Below, in pieces: positions 26,766 to 36,442 of a stretch of 64,000 nucleotides of DNA. Source of the stretch: Alphaproteobacteria bacterium (GTDB lineage: Bacteria > Pseudomonadota > Alphaproteobacteria > UBA6615); assembly GCA_965222215.1 (NCBI GenBank), contig OZ244931.1, forward strand, positions 1,716,546 through 1,780,545, in the 5' to 3' direction. The translations under genes and the position numbers were made by a program. The first letter of the stretch is position 1, and every line of letters begins with the position of its first letter. Under the pieces are notes generated by a model. The model had not been told where the DNA came from and made no database searches. It worked only from the letters and a program-made list of their open reading frames with translations.

Positions 26766-26839
26766 TGGAGGCCCGGGCCGGAATCGAACCGACGTACAAG
26801 GATTTGCAGTCCTCTGCATAGCCACTCTGCCACCGGGCC
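26766..26839 (-). tRNA. tRNA-Cys (anticodon GCA)
   Basis: Hand-folded: acceptor ggcccgg/ccgggcc, anticodon loop ctGCAaa, T-loop ttcgatt, encoded CCA. Confidence 0.9.
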
Positions 26840-26992
26840 GCACAATCGCGGCGACGCGATGCGGGCGGTTCATATCCCAAAATTCGTTGCGGATTGGAAG
26901 CCCCCCGTGACGGGCCGGATGGAATTGTCATATTCGCGGACGCTGCCTATAAGGACGCGATACCGAATGTATTCCGCTGGGACATGAGACCG

Positions 26993-27655
26993 ATGAGCGA
27001 ATTCGAAACGGCGCGCCAGAATATGGTCGACTGTCAGCTTCGGCCCACTCGCGTGACAGACCCCCGCATTACCGACTGCATGAGCGTGCTTCCGCGCGAA
27101 ATGTTCGTGAGTAAATCCCTGCAGGGCATCGCCTATGTCGACGAGGATATCGAGGTGGCCGAAGACCGGTTTCTGATGGAGCCGGTCGTGCTCGCCCGCC
27201 TGGTACAGGCGCTGGAACTGACCACCGATGACTCGGTGTTGGTCATCGGCGCCGGGACGGGCTACGACGCGGCGCTGATCGGCCGGCTGGCCGGCCCGGT
27301 CGTCGCCGTTGAGAGCGATGCAGCGCTCGCCGAACAGGCATCGATGGTCATCAATCACCTGGGTATCGACAATGTCGCGGTCGTCGAGGGCGCATTGACC
27401 GACGGCTATGCCGAACAAGCGCCTTACGACGTGATTTTCTTTGGCGGCGCGATTGAGGAAATTCCGGCCGTGATCGCGGCCCAGCTCGCACCGGACGGGC
27501 GGCTGGGTGCGGTCGTGGGCGGTCGAGAGAACGGTGTGCTCGGTCGGGCATGCCTTTTCACCCGCGCAAACGATGATTTGTCTCCGCGCGCCTTGTTCGA
27601 TGCGGGAACCCGTCCGTTGCCGGGCTTCGGGAAGGCGCCGGCGTTCGTATTCTAG
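26993..27655 (+). CDS. Protein-L-isoaspartate O-methyltransferase-like (PCMT-family) protein, tolC-associated
   Basis: SAM-binding VLVIGAGTGY motif; conserved upstream-of-tolC position in alphaproteobacteria; start at internal ATG 26993. Confidence 0.7.
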   Translation: MSEFETARQNMVDCQLRPTRVTDPRITDCMSVLPREMFVSKSLQGIAYVDEDIEVAEDRFLMEPVVLARLVQALELTTDDSVLVIGAGTGYDAALIGRLAGPVVAVESDAALAEQASMVINHLGIDNVAVVEGALTDGYAEQAPYDVIFFGGAIEEIPAVIAAQLAPDGRLGAVVGGRENGVLGRACLFTRANDDLSPRALFDAGTRPLPGFGKAPAFVF

Positions 27656-27757
27656 GTTTGCAATTCCGGCGAACCTCGGGCAGGTTGCGCTTCAATCGCT
27701 GGCACCGGAATCTGTAAGCGTGTCAGTATCTTAATAGATAGTTTCGAGACGGCTTCG

Positions 27758-29131
27758 ATGGCATTCAAATACGGTATCAGCGCTCTCGCACTGCTCGCGG
27801 CCGTGGGGCTTGTGAACTCAAGCGTGAGCGCTCAGAGCCTCGAAGAGGCGCTTTCGCTGACCTACGAGACCAATCCCGATATTGCATCCGCGCGCGCGTC
27901 GTTGCGCGGCACCGACGAAGAGGTGCCGCAGGCGCTTGCCAACTGGCGGCCGGAAGTCGAAATCAACGGCTCTTACGGCGTTCGACAGCGCGAGCGGGAT
28001 TTCGAATCCGGCGTGGAAATCGATAACACCGATCAGCCGCAGTCGGTCTCGCTCAGTATCAGCCAGAACCTGTTTCGCGGTTTTCGTACACTCTACGCGA
28101 CGGATCGCGCGCGCAATCTGGTCGCCGCGGACCGGGCCAACCTGATCTCTCGCGAACAGACGGTTTTGTTGGAGGCTGTGTCGGCCTACATGAACGTGCT
28201 GCGAGACCGCGCGATTCTCGACCTGCGGCAAAACAACGTTCGCGTCCTTCAGCAGCAGCAGCAGGCGACTCGTGACCGGTTCGACGTGGGTGAGTTGACG
28301 CGTACGGACGTGGCCCAGGCCGACAGCCGGCTGGCGACCGCCATCGCCGACGAAACGGCGGCGCGAGGCAATCTCGACAGCTCGATTGCCGACTATGTCG
28401 AGGTGATCGGGCTGGCGCCAGCCACGCTCGTGCCCCCGGCGCTGCCGGAAGGCCTCCCCGCGACCGAAGCGGAGGTCGTCGAACTTGCGAAATCCAACAA
28501 TCCGGACGTGATATCGGCTGACTTCACGGAGCGCGCGGCGCGCGACTTCATCGACGTGACGTCCGGCGAACTTCTGCCGGTTGTCACGCTTGACGGTGAA
28601 ATCGAGGAAAACAAGGATATTCTCGGTTCGGATGTGGAGACGTCCGAACGGGCGCTGACTTTGAACGTGACGGTCCCGCTCTACCAGTCCGGCGACGTGT
28701 ATTCGCGCACACGCGAAGCGAAAGAAAGAGCGAACCAGTTACTTCTGGATCTTGCCGAACGAACACGTGAAGCCCAGGAAACCGCGCGATCAAGCTGGGC
28801 GGATCTTGTATCTGCCCGTGCCCGGATCACGTCGCTGCAGTCGAGTGTGGATGCTCAGGAAATCGCATTCGAAGGCGTGCAGCAGGAAGCGCAGGTGGGT
28901 TCCCGAACCGTGCTCGATGTGCTCGACGCGGAGCAGGAGTTGCTCGATGCGCGGGTCAGCCTCGTTCAGGCCCAGCGCGATCTGATCGTGGCGGGTTATA
29001 CCGTTCTGTCGGCCGCGGGCCGGCTGACAGCGATCGATCTCGGGCTTTCGGTTGAATTGTACGACCCGACGCGCAACTTTAAGCATGTCGAGGACAAGTT
29101 GTTCGGCGCCGATACGCTTTACGAACGTTAG
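27758..29131 (+). CDS. tolC: TolC-family outer membrane channel protein
   Basis: Signal peptide, duplicated alpha-helical/beta-barrel repeats, 457 aa. Confidence 0.9.
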   Translation: MAFKYGISALALLAAVGLVNSSVSAQSLEEALSLTYETNPDIASARASLRGTDEEVPQALANWRPEVEINGSYGVRQRERDFESGVEIDNTDQPQSVSLSISQNLFRGFRTLYATDRARNLVAADRANLISREQTVLLEAVSAYMNVLRDRAILDLRQNNVRVLQQQQQATRDRFDVGELTRTDVAQADSRLATAIADETAARGNLDSSIADYVEVIGLAPATLVPPALPEGLPATEAEVVELAKSNNPDVISADFTERAARDFIDVTSGELLPVVTLDGEIEENKDILGSDVETSERALTLNVTVPLYQSGDVYSRTREAKERANQLLLDLAERTREAQETARSSWADLVSARARITSLQSSVDAQEIAFEGVQQEAQVGSRTVLDVLDAEQELLDARVSLVQAQRDLIVAGYTVLSAAGRLTAIDLGLSVELYDPTRNFKHVEDKLFGADTLYER

Positions 29132-29251
29132 TCGCCCGTACAGCTAAGTTATTGCGATAGTACCGTCTTTGACTTTTCTCTCGCCTTGAATCGAGTGAAT
29201 TTCTAGGCTCGCGTTCAGGCAACGTTAACCATTTTCTGCGGTCATGCTCCG

Positions 29252-29830
29252 ATGAGTGATTCCAACGCCGACCAGCAAGAACCCTCCATGGAGGAAATCC
29301 TCGCGTCGATCCGCCGGATTATTTCGGAGGATGGCGATGAGGAAACCGATCAGCCGCAGGAAGCGTCCGCGGAGGATGCTGATTCAGTGACCGAAGACGA
29401 CCTGGACGACGACGTGCTGGAACTGACCGATATCGTCGACGACGAACCTGATTCGGAGCCTGCACCGGAGCCCGAGCCAGAGCCTGAACCGGACCCTGAA
29501 CCCGAGCCGGACCCTGAACCCGAGCCGGACCCTGAACGCGAGCCGGAACCAGAGCCCGAGCCGGAACCAGAGCCCGTTGCGCTGACGGACGACGAAGAGA
29601 AACTTGTCTCCGATGAAGTCGAGCAGGCCAGTGCGGCGACGATGTCCGGGCTGACGGCAGCGCTCGCTGCCACGGCCAGGGTCGGTGACGGCAACAAGAC
29701 TCTCGAGGAACTTGTGAAAGAGGTGCTTCGCCCGATCCTCAAGGAGTGGCTCGATGCCAACCTTCCGGAGACGGTTGAGCGCATCGTGCGTGAAGAAGTC
29801 GAGCGCATCGCGAGCCGCGCGAAAAAGTAA
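29252..29830 (+). CDS. DUF2497-domain protein with acidic (EP)n low-complexity linker
   Basis: Conserved N-terminus [12 protein letters not shown] and C-terminus [18 protein letters not shown]; central PEPEPEPD repeats. Confidence 0.75.
   Translation: MSDSNADQQEPSMEEILASIRRIISEDGDEETDQPQEASAEDADSVTEDDLDDDVLELTDIVDDEPDSEPAPEPEPEPEPDPEPEPDPEPEPDPEREPEPEPEPEPEPVALTDDEEKLVSDEVEQASAATMSGLTAALAATARVGDGNKTLEELVKEVLRPILKEWLDANLPETVERIVREEVERIASRAKK
29461..29578 (+). repeat. In-frame tandem 6/18-bp repeats (gagccNgaRccN) encoding (E/D-P)n within the DUF2497 gene
   Basis: gaacccgagccggaccct repeated 3 times, then gagccggaaccagagccc 2 times. Confidence 0.85.
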
Positions 29831-29918
29831 CCACCGACCTTTCTGTTACAGGGACTAGCCGTCGCGCGCGCGCTTCGCTAAACAGCGAGCCCGCGAAACG
29901 GAACCTGCCGCCCGGACC

Positions 29919-32666
29919 ATGACGACCTTAGACAAGACATATTCGCCCGCCGACATTGAGGCGCGGCTCTACCAGCGCTGGGAAGATTCCGGCGCCTTTG
30001 CCTGTGGCCGCACGCAGAACGCGACCTACACCATCGTCATTCCGCCGCCGAACGTGACCGGCAGCCTGCATATGGGCCATGCGCTCAACAACACGCTGCA
30101 GGACCTGTTGATCCGCTGGAAGCGAATGCAGGGATTTGACGTTCTCTGGCAGCCGGGTCTGGACCATGCGGGCATCGCGACGCAGATGGTGGTCGAACGC
30201 CAGCTCGCCGAAGACGGAATTGTGCTCGATCGAGGGCGGCGTCTGGAAGACCGCAACGAAAACCTGATCGGCCGGTCCGAGTTCATCGACAAGGTCTGGG
30301 AGTGGAAGGGTGAGTCCGGTGGGATGATCCTGAACCAGCTCAAGCGCCTCGGCGCGTCCTGTGACTGGTCGCGCGAGCGCTTCACCATGGACGAGGGCCT
30401 GTCGCGCGCGGTCCTGAAAGTGTTCGTGGAACTTCACAGCCAGGGCCTGATCTACAAGGACAAGCGCCTTGTGAACTGGGATCCGAAGTTACACACCGCG
30501 ATTTCCGACCTTGAAGTGGTGCAGAAGGAGGTCGACGGGCACCTCTGGTACTTCAGGTATCCGATCGAGGGCGAGGAGGGACGCTTCGTCACCGTCGCGA
30601 CGACCCGACCGGAGACAATGCTCGGGGACACGGGTGTGGCCGTGCACCCGGACGACGAACGCTGGAAAGACGTGATCGGCAAGAATGCGATCCTGCCCAT
30701 CGTCGGCCGCAAGCTGAGGATTGTCGCCGACGAGTATGCCGACCCGGAACAGGGTTCAGGTGCTGTGAAAATCACGCCGGCGCATGACTTCAACGACTTC
30801 GAGGTCGGCAAGCGCGGCGATCTCGGCATGATTAACGTATTCGATGCCTCCGCCAACGTGGCCATCGATACAGACGAATTTCGTTCGGAGACCGAGGCCG
30901 ACGCCTGGGGCGACCCCGATGCGGCCATCGCCAAGTATGACGGTCTAGACCGCTTCGAGGCGCGCAAGCTCGTCGTCGCCGAAATGGAGGAGCGCGGCCT
31001 GCTCGCCGAGATCGAGCCTCACAAGCACACGATCCCCTATGGGGATCGATCCGACGTGGTGATCGAGCCCTGGCTGACGGACCAGTGGTACGTGGATGCG
31101 GCAACGCTTGCGAAGCCGGCCGTCGAGGCCGTGGAGCAGGGTAAGACGCGCTTTGTGCCGGAGAACTGGTCGAAGACCTATTTCGAATGGCTGCGGAATA
31201 TCCAGCCCTGGTGTATCTCGCGCCAGCTCTGGTGGGGACACCAGATTCCGGCCTGGTACGGGCCTGACGACGAGGTATTCGTCGCCGAGAGCGAAGAGGC
31301 TGCCGCCGAAGCCGCGCGGGCCCACTACGGCAAGGATGTGGAACTGGTCCGCGATCCCGATGTGCTCGACACCTGGTTTTCCTCGGCGCTATGGCCGTTC
31401 TCGACCCTCGGCTGGCCCGACGAGACGCCCGAAGTGGCGCGCTACTATCCGACGAGCGTGCTGGTCACCGGCTTCGACATCATCTTCTTCTGGGTTGCCC
31501 GGATGATGATGGCGGGCATCCACTTCATGGACGAGGTGCCGTTCTCCGACGTCTACATCCATGCGCTGGTCCGCGACGAGAAGGGCGCCAAGATGTCCAA
31601 GTCGAAGGGCAACGTCATGGACCCGCTCGAACTCATCGACGAGTACGGGGCCGACGCGCTGCGCTTCACGCTGACGGCCATGGCCGCCATGGGCCGCGAC
31701 ATCAAGCTGGCCACGGCGCGGGTGCAGGGTTACCGGAACTTCGGCACCAAGCTGTGGAACGCCGCGCGCTTCTGTCAGATGAACGAATGCGCCGCGCCGG
31801 CGGATTTCGATCCGGCGGCCGTGAATCTCACCCTGAACAAATGGATCGTCGGCGGCGTCGCCGAGACGGCCGCGGCGGTGAACACGGCGCTGGAGGAGTA
31901 CAAGTTCGACCAGGCCGCCGGCGGCATCTACCAGTTCACCTGGCATACCTTCTGCGACTGGTACGTGGAGTTCGCCAAGCCGGTCCTGCAGGGCGACGAC
32001 GCCGCGGCAAAAGCCGAAACCCGCGCGACCGCAGGCTGGGTGCTGCAGCAGATCCTCAAAATTCTGCACCCGTTCATGCCGTTCATCACCGAGGAACTCT
32101 GGGAGAGCTTCGGCGATGGGGCCGAAGAGGGAAAAGGCATGCTGATCCACGCGGCGTGGCCGGCCAGCGATATCGCGCCGGTCGCCCCGGACGCGAAGGA
32201 GGAACTCGACTGGGTGGTGCGTTTCATCACCGAGGTGCGCACCGTGCGCAACGAGTTGAACGTGCCGGCGGGCGCGAAGATCCCGGCACTCCTCAACGGG
32301 GCGTCCGACGAGACGACGGCGCGCCTCGACCGCAACCGGGACCAGATCCTGCGCCTCGCGCGGCTCGAGGATATCGCGCGCGACGGCGACGTGCCGACCG
32401 GCGCGGTCCAGACCGTGATCGACGAGGCGAGCCTCATCCTGCCGCTCGCCGACGTGATCGACCTCGACGCCGAGCGTGCGCGCCTGTCGAAGGAAATCGA
32501 CAAGCTCGACAAGGAAATCACCGGCTACGACAGGAAACTCGCCAACGAGAAGTTCACGTCGAAGGCGCCGGCGGAGGTGGTCGAGGAGCAGCGGACCCGC
32601 CGCGCCGACGCCACCGAGACCAAGGCGAAGCTGGAAAGTGCGCTGGAACGCCTGAGCGCGGCGTAG
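29919..32666 (+). CDS. valS: Valine--tRNA ligase
   Basis: HIGH (HMGH), KMSKS motifs, 915 aa, C-terminal coiled coil. Confidence 0.95.
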   Translation: MTTLDKTYSPADIEARLYQRWEDSGAFACGRTQNATYTIVIPPPNVTGSLHMGHALNNTLQDLLIRWKRMQGFDVLWQPGLDHAGIATQMVVERQLAEDGIVLDRGRRLEDRNENLIGRSEFIDKVWEWKGESGGMILNQLKRLGASCDWSRERFTMDEGLSRAVLKVFVELHSQGLIYKDKRLVNWDPKLHTAISDLEVVQKEVDGHLWYFRYPIEGEEGRFVTVATTRPETMLGDTGVAVHPDDERWKDVIGKNAILPIVGRKLRIVADEYADPEQGSGAVKITPAHDFNDFEVGKRGDLGMINVFDASANVAIDTDEFRSETEADAWGDPDAAIAKYDGLDRFEARKLVVAEMEERGLLAEIEPHKHTIPYGDRSDVVIEPWLTDQWYVDAATLAKPAVEAVEQGKTRFVPENWSKTYFEWLRNIQPWCISRQLWWGHQIPAWYGPDDEVFVAESEEAAAEAARAHYGKDVELVRDPDVLDTWFSSALWPFSTLGWPDETPEVARYYPTSVLVTGFDIIFFWVARMMMAGIHFMDEVPFSDVYIHALVRDEKGAKMSKSKGNVMDPLELIDEYGADALRFTLTAMAAMGRDIKLATARVQGYRNFGTKLWNAARFCQMNECAAPADFDPAAVNLTLNKWIVGGVAETAAAVNTALEEYKFDQAAGGIYQFTWHTFCDWYVEFAKPVLQGDDAAAKAETRATAGWVLQQILKILHPFMPFITEELWESFGDGAEEGKGMLIHAAWPASDIAPVAPDAKEELDWVVRFITEVRTVRNELNVPAGAKIPALLNGASDETTARLDRNRDQILRLARLEDIARDGDVPTGAVQTVIDEASLILPLADVIDLDAERARLSKEIDKLDKEITGYDRKLANEKFTSKAPAEVVEEQRTRRADATETKAKLESALERLSAA

Positions 32667-32670
32667 CCGA

Positions 32671-32748
32671 AGTCGTCATACCCGGACTTGATCCGGGCAC
32701 CTCGCCCCGGTCCGTGCTGAGATGGCCGGGTCAAGCCCGGCCATGACA
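32671..32748. repeat. Intergenic palindromic repeat units (GTCGTCAT-anchored hairpins), locus 1
   Basis: gtcgtcatacCCGGACTTGATCCGGgca and GGCCGGGTCAAGCCCGGCCatgacac. Confidence 0.6.
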
Positions 32749-32798
32749 CGGATGTGGCGGTGTGGTGAAGTGGCGCGGTCGCAATATGAGAGGCTGTC

Positions 32799-33410
32799 AT
32801 GTCCCGTATCCCCGCGCTGAAACGCGAAGACCTGCCCGAGCTGGAGCCCTATTTCGAACGCTCGATGGAGCGGATGGGCTTCGTCACCAACGCCCAGTTC
32901 ACGATGGCGCACCGCCCGCCGATCTTCAAAGCCTTCGTCGAGATGGCGAGCGCCGTATTCACGCAATACGGCAATGTCACGCCGGGTCTGAAGGCGCTCG
33001 TCGGCAACGTCGCCAGCCGGACGGCAGGTTGCCAGTACTGCGTTTCGCACACGGCGTCGAACGCGATGCAACCGGGCTACGACATCGACGAAGCGAAGGT
33101 GGCCGCAGTCTGGGAGTACGAGACAAGCGATCTCTTTACCGAGGCCGAGCGCGCGGCGCTGGAATTCGCCCAGTGCGCGGCGGCGGTGCCGAACCTCGTA
33201 GAAGACCGCCATATCGAGAAGCTCCGCGAACATTTCACCGACGCAGAGATCGTGGAGATCAACGCGGTCGTCGCCTTCTACGGGTTCCTCAACCGCTGGA
33301 ACGACAGTATGGCGACGGACCTGGAAGCGATCCCGGTCGACGTCGGCAACCGCCTGCTCGCCGACACCGGCTGGACTCCGGGCAAACACAACGTCGAGGC
33401 GGCAGAGTAG
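32799..33410 (+). CDS. Carboxymuconolactone decarboxylase (AhpD-like peroxidase-related) family protein
   Basis: CxxC-containing CMD motif (AGCQYCVSHT), 203 aa. Confidence 0.75.
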   Translation: MSRIPALKREDLPELEPYFERSMERMGFVTNAQFTMAHRPPIFKAFVEMASAVFTQYGNVTPGLKALVGNVASRTAGCQYCVSHTASNAMQPGYDIDEAKVAAVWEYETSDLFTEAERAALEFAQCAAAVPNLVEDRHIEKLREHFTDAEIVEINAVVAFYGFLNRWNDSMATDLEAIPVDVGNRLLADTGWTPGKHNVEAAE

Positions 33411-33424
33411 CGGCCAACCCATAA

Positions 33425-33552
33425 TCGTCGTCCCTGCGAAGGCAGGGACCCATTAACTCAGGCAGTTGCCCGGTCAAGCATCGGCGACAATGAACCCCGG
33501 CCTTCGCCGGGGTGACGAATGATGTTTGTTGAGGCAACGCCGGGGTGACGAC
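33425..33552. repeat. Intergenic palindromic repeat units (GTCGTC / GGTGACGA-anchored hairpins), locus 2
   Basis: tcgtcgtCCCTGCGAAGGCAGGGacc; CCCCGGCCTTCGCCGGGGtgacgaat; cgCCGGGGtgacgac. Confidence 0.6.
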
Positions 33553-33624
33553 TGCGGGATGCGGGAGTAATCTCCGCCTCAGCAAACAATTCTTGTGACC
33601 CGAAATTTCGGGAAGGGGACTACC

Positions 33625-35361
33625 ATGGACGGCAACACACCCGGCGGCGAATGGGATAAATCCAGGCTTCCGAGCCGACATGTGTCGGTCGGCAACACGT
33701 CGGCGCCGCATCGCGCGTTCTACTACGCGATGGGCATGACCGACGAAGAGATCAAACAACCCTTCGTCGGCGTCGTCACCACCTGGAACGAGGCCGCGCC
33801 GTGCAACATCGCCCTGTCGCGCCAGGCCCAGGCCGCCAAGACCGGCGTGCGCGAGGCCGGCGGCACGCCGCGCGAGTTCACGACCATCACCGTGACCGAC
33901 GGCATCGCCATGGGCCATGACGGCATGCGCTCGTCGCTGGTCAGCCGCGAGGTCATCGCGGATTCGACCGAGCTGACGGTGCGCGGCCATTCCTACGACG
34001 CGCTCGTCGGGCTGGCGGGCTGCGACAAGTCGCTGCCTGGCCTGATGATGGCGATGCTGCGCCTCAACATCCCCTCGGTGTTCATGTACGGCGGCTCGAT
34101 CCTGCCGGGCACGTTCAAGGGCAACGACGTCACCATCATCGACGTGTTCGAGGGCGTGGGCGCGAACGCGGCGGGCAACATGTCCGACGAGGACCTCAAG
34201 GAACTCGAATGCGCGGCCTGCCCGTCGGCGGGCGCGTGCGGCGGCCAGTTCACGGCCAACACCATGGCCTGCGTGTCCGAGGCGATCGGCCTCGCGATTC
34301 CCCATTCTGCCGGCGCGCCGGCGGTCTACGAGAACCGCGACGAATATGCGGCCGCCAGCGGCAGGGCGGTGATGGAGCTGGTGAAGTCCCAGCTTCGCCC
34401 GCGCGACATCGCGACCCGCAAGGCGTTCGAGAACGCGGCGGCCATCGTGGCCGCGACCGGCGGCTCGACCAACGCCGGCCTGCACCTGCCGGCCATGGCG
34501 GCGGAAGCGGGGATCGAGTTCGACCTGATGGACGTGTGCGAGATCTTCCGCAAAACGCCCTACATCGCCGACCTGAAGCCGGGCGGGCGCTACGTCGCCA
34601 AGGACCTCTACGAGGTCGGCGGCGTCGGGGTCGTCATCAGGGAACTGCTCGACGGCGGCTTCATGCACGAAGACTGCATGACCGTGACCGGCAAGACCAT
34701 CGGCGAAAACTACGGCAGCGTCGATTTCCCGACCGGGCAGGACGTGGTCCGCAGGATCGACAACCCGATCTCAAAGACCGGAGGCGTGGTCGGCCTGATG
34801 GGCAACCTCGCGCCGCAGGGCGCCATCGTGAAAATCGCCGGGCTGGAAAAGCTGGTGTTCACCGGCCCGGCCCGCGTGTTCGAGCGTGAGGAGGACTGTC
34901 TGCAGGCCGTGCTGAACAGGCAGTACGAGGAAGGCGACGTGCTCGTCATCCGCAACGAGGGCCCGAAGGGCGGCCCGGGCATGCGCGAGATGCTGTCCAC
35001 CACGGGCGCGCTCTACGGCCAGGGTATGGGCGACAAGGTCGCGCTGATCACCGACGGGCGGTTCTCCGGCGGCACGCGCGGCTTCTGCATCGGCCATGTC
35101 GGCCCGGAGGCGGCGGTCGGCGGTCCCATCGGGCTGCTCCAGAACGGCGACATGATCACCATCGACGCCGAGAAGGGCACGCTGGAGGTGGATCTGTCCG
35201 ACGACGAGCTGGAGGCGCGGCGCGCCAAGTGGAAGCCGCTGAAGACCAACTACCAGGCCGGCACGCTCTGGAAATACGCGCAGACGGTGGGCGACGCCCG
35301 CTACGGCGCGATCACACATCCGGGAGCGAAGGCGGAAACGCATATGTATGCGGACCTGTAA
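33625..35361 (+). CDS. ilvD: Dihydroxy-acid dehydratase (IlvD/EDD family)
   Basis: Fe-S cluster Cys motifs ([12 protein letters not shown]), DGIAMGH, 578 aa; start ATG 33625 with GGAAGGGG RBS; could be a paralogous sugar-acid dehydratase. Confidence 0.8.
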   Translation: MDGNTPGGEWDKSRLPSRHVSVGNTSAPHRAFYYAMGMTDEEIKQPFVGVVTTWNEAAPCNIALSRQAQAAKTGVREAGGTPREFTTITVTDGIAMGHDGMRSSLVSREVIADSTELTVRGHSYDALVGLAGCDKSLPGLMMAMLRLNIPSVFMYGGSILPGTFKGNDVTIIDVFEGVGANAAGNMSDEDLKELECAACPSAGACGGQFTANTMACVSEAIGLAIPHSAGAPAVYENRDEYAAASGRAVMELVKSQLRPRDIATRKAFENAAAIVAATGGSTNAGLHLPAMAAEAGIEFDLMDVCEIFRKTPYIADLKPGGRYVAKDLYEVGGVGVVIRELLDGGFMHEDCMTVTGKTIGENYGSVDFPTGQDVVRRIDNPISKTGGVVGLMGNLAPQGAIVKIAGLEKLVFTGPARVFEREEDCLQAVLNRQYEEGDVLVIRNEGPKGGPGMREMLSTTGALYGQGMGDKVALITDGRFSGGTRGFCIGHVGPEAAVGGPIGLLQNGDMITIDAEKGTLEVDLSDDELEARRAKWKPLKTNYQAGTLWKYAQTVGDARYGAITHPGAKAETHMYADL

Positions 35362-35394
35362 CCGCTAGAATTTCCGCAACGACGGGAGGCCGCC

Positions 35395-35781
35395 ATGCTG
35401 CGCCGTGTTCTTGAAGGGTCGGGACTGATCTTTTTGATCGTGCTGGCCGCGTACCGGATCGACATCGGGTTCATGATTCCGCTGCTCGCCATTGCGGGCG
35501 TGATCGCCTTCACCGTTTGGCGCATCCGGAACCTGTGGCGGCGCTACCAGGCGCATCAGGTGGCGCGGCGCGCGCCGGTGAACGCGGCCGTCGGGAACGA
35601 GATGCTGGCCCTGCGCGGACAGCAGCACGGGCGCGGCGCGGAACTTACCTTCTGGACCGGCTTCATGATGGGCGGCGCGATGATCACCGACACGCCGGTC
35701 TCGGCGGGCGAGGGCAGCGAGATGGGCGTCGGCGCGGCGGAAGGCGGCATGGATATCGGCGGCGGGTTCGGCGACCTGTAG
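35395..35781 (+). CDS. Hypothetical membrane protein with Gly-rich C-terminal tail
   Basis: Two N-terminal TM helices; C-terminal GxGxxG-like glycine-rich segment; 4-nt gap to TPM-domain gene. Confidence 0.5.
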   Translation: MLRRVLEGSGLIFLIVLAAYRIDIGFMIPLLAIAGVIAFTVWRIRNLWRRYQAHQVARRAPVNAAVGNEMLALRGQQHGRGAELTFWTGFMMGGAMITDTPVSAGEGSEMGVGAAEGGMDIGGGFGDL

Positions 35782-35785
35782 GTCG

Positions 35786-36406
35786 GTGAGGCGGCTTCTC
35801 ACAGCGGCGGTCTTCGCGGCCTTTCTTTCAGTTTCGCCGAACGTGGCGATTGCGCAGTTCCCCGAACTTGACGGAAACGTCGTCGACGCGGCCGACCTGC
35901 TGACCCCCGAAGAGGAACGGCGGATCGCCGGGCAACTCGAAGCGCAGTCGGCCGAGACGGGACGGCGGATCGTGGTCGCGACGGTGTCCTCGCTCGGCGG
36001 GCGCTCGATCGAGCTCTACGCCGCGCAGCTTGCCGGCCACTGGAATATCGAAAGCTGGTCCGGCGACGCGGGGGCGATCCTGCTGGTGGCCGACGACGAA
36101 CGCCGGGTGCGGTTCGAGTTCGGTCCCCCGGTGCGCGGCACCATGACCGACGTGCGCTCCAGCGGCGTCGTCCAGCGGGTCGTCCTGCCCGCGTTCCGGG
36201 CCGGCGAGTTCGCCATCGGGATCGAGGCGGGGCTGACGGAACTCTCGCTGATGCTCGACGAGGGCGTCGCGCAGGCGAGCGACGAGGCCCGGCACCTGAC
36301 CGAAATCCTCGTCGACAAGCGCTTCCTGGTGCCCGTGGGGCTCGTGATTATCCTGCTGGGCTACTGCGTCTTTCGCGAAGGCGCATGCAGCGGGGAGCAG
36401 GCCTGA
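35786..36406 (+). CDS. TPM-domain (TLP18.3/Psb32/MOLO-1 family) protein with signal peptide and C-terminal TM anchor
   Basis: Signal peptide, TPM core (LLTPEEERRIAGQL...GILLVADDERRVRFEFG), C-terminal TM. Confidence 0.65.
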   Translation: MRRLLTAAVFAAFLSVSPNVAIAQFPELDGNVVDAADLLTPEEERRIAGQLEAQSAETGRRIVVATVSSLGGRSIELYAAQLAGHWNIESWSGDAGAILLVADDERRVRFEFGPPVRGTMTDVRSSGVVQRVVLPAFRAGEFAIGIEAGLTELSLMLDEGVAQASDEARHLTEILVDKRFLVPVGLVIILLGYCVFREGACSGEQA

Positions 36407-36442
36407 GTGCCGCGCGCCGTCACGCCCGGGCCTGACGCTTTG

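Noticed and set aside
24110-26839. tRNA-flanked segment as a classical integrative genomic island
   Set aside because: No integrase, excisionase, att-like direct repeat of a tRNA 3' end, or compositional shift is visible. Retained only as a finding about the cassette itself.
31391-32746. 451-aa plus-strand ORF inside valS in an alternative frame
   Set aside because: Out-of-frame overlap with a 915-aa universally conserved gene. Product is Arg/Gly/Pro-rich junk.
33289-34668. 459-aa minus-strand ORF antisense to ilvD
   Set aside because: High-GC artefact. ilvD has Fe-S cluster motifs and an RBS on the plus strand.
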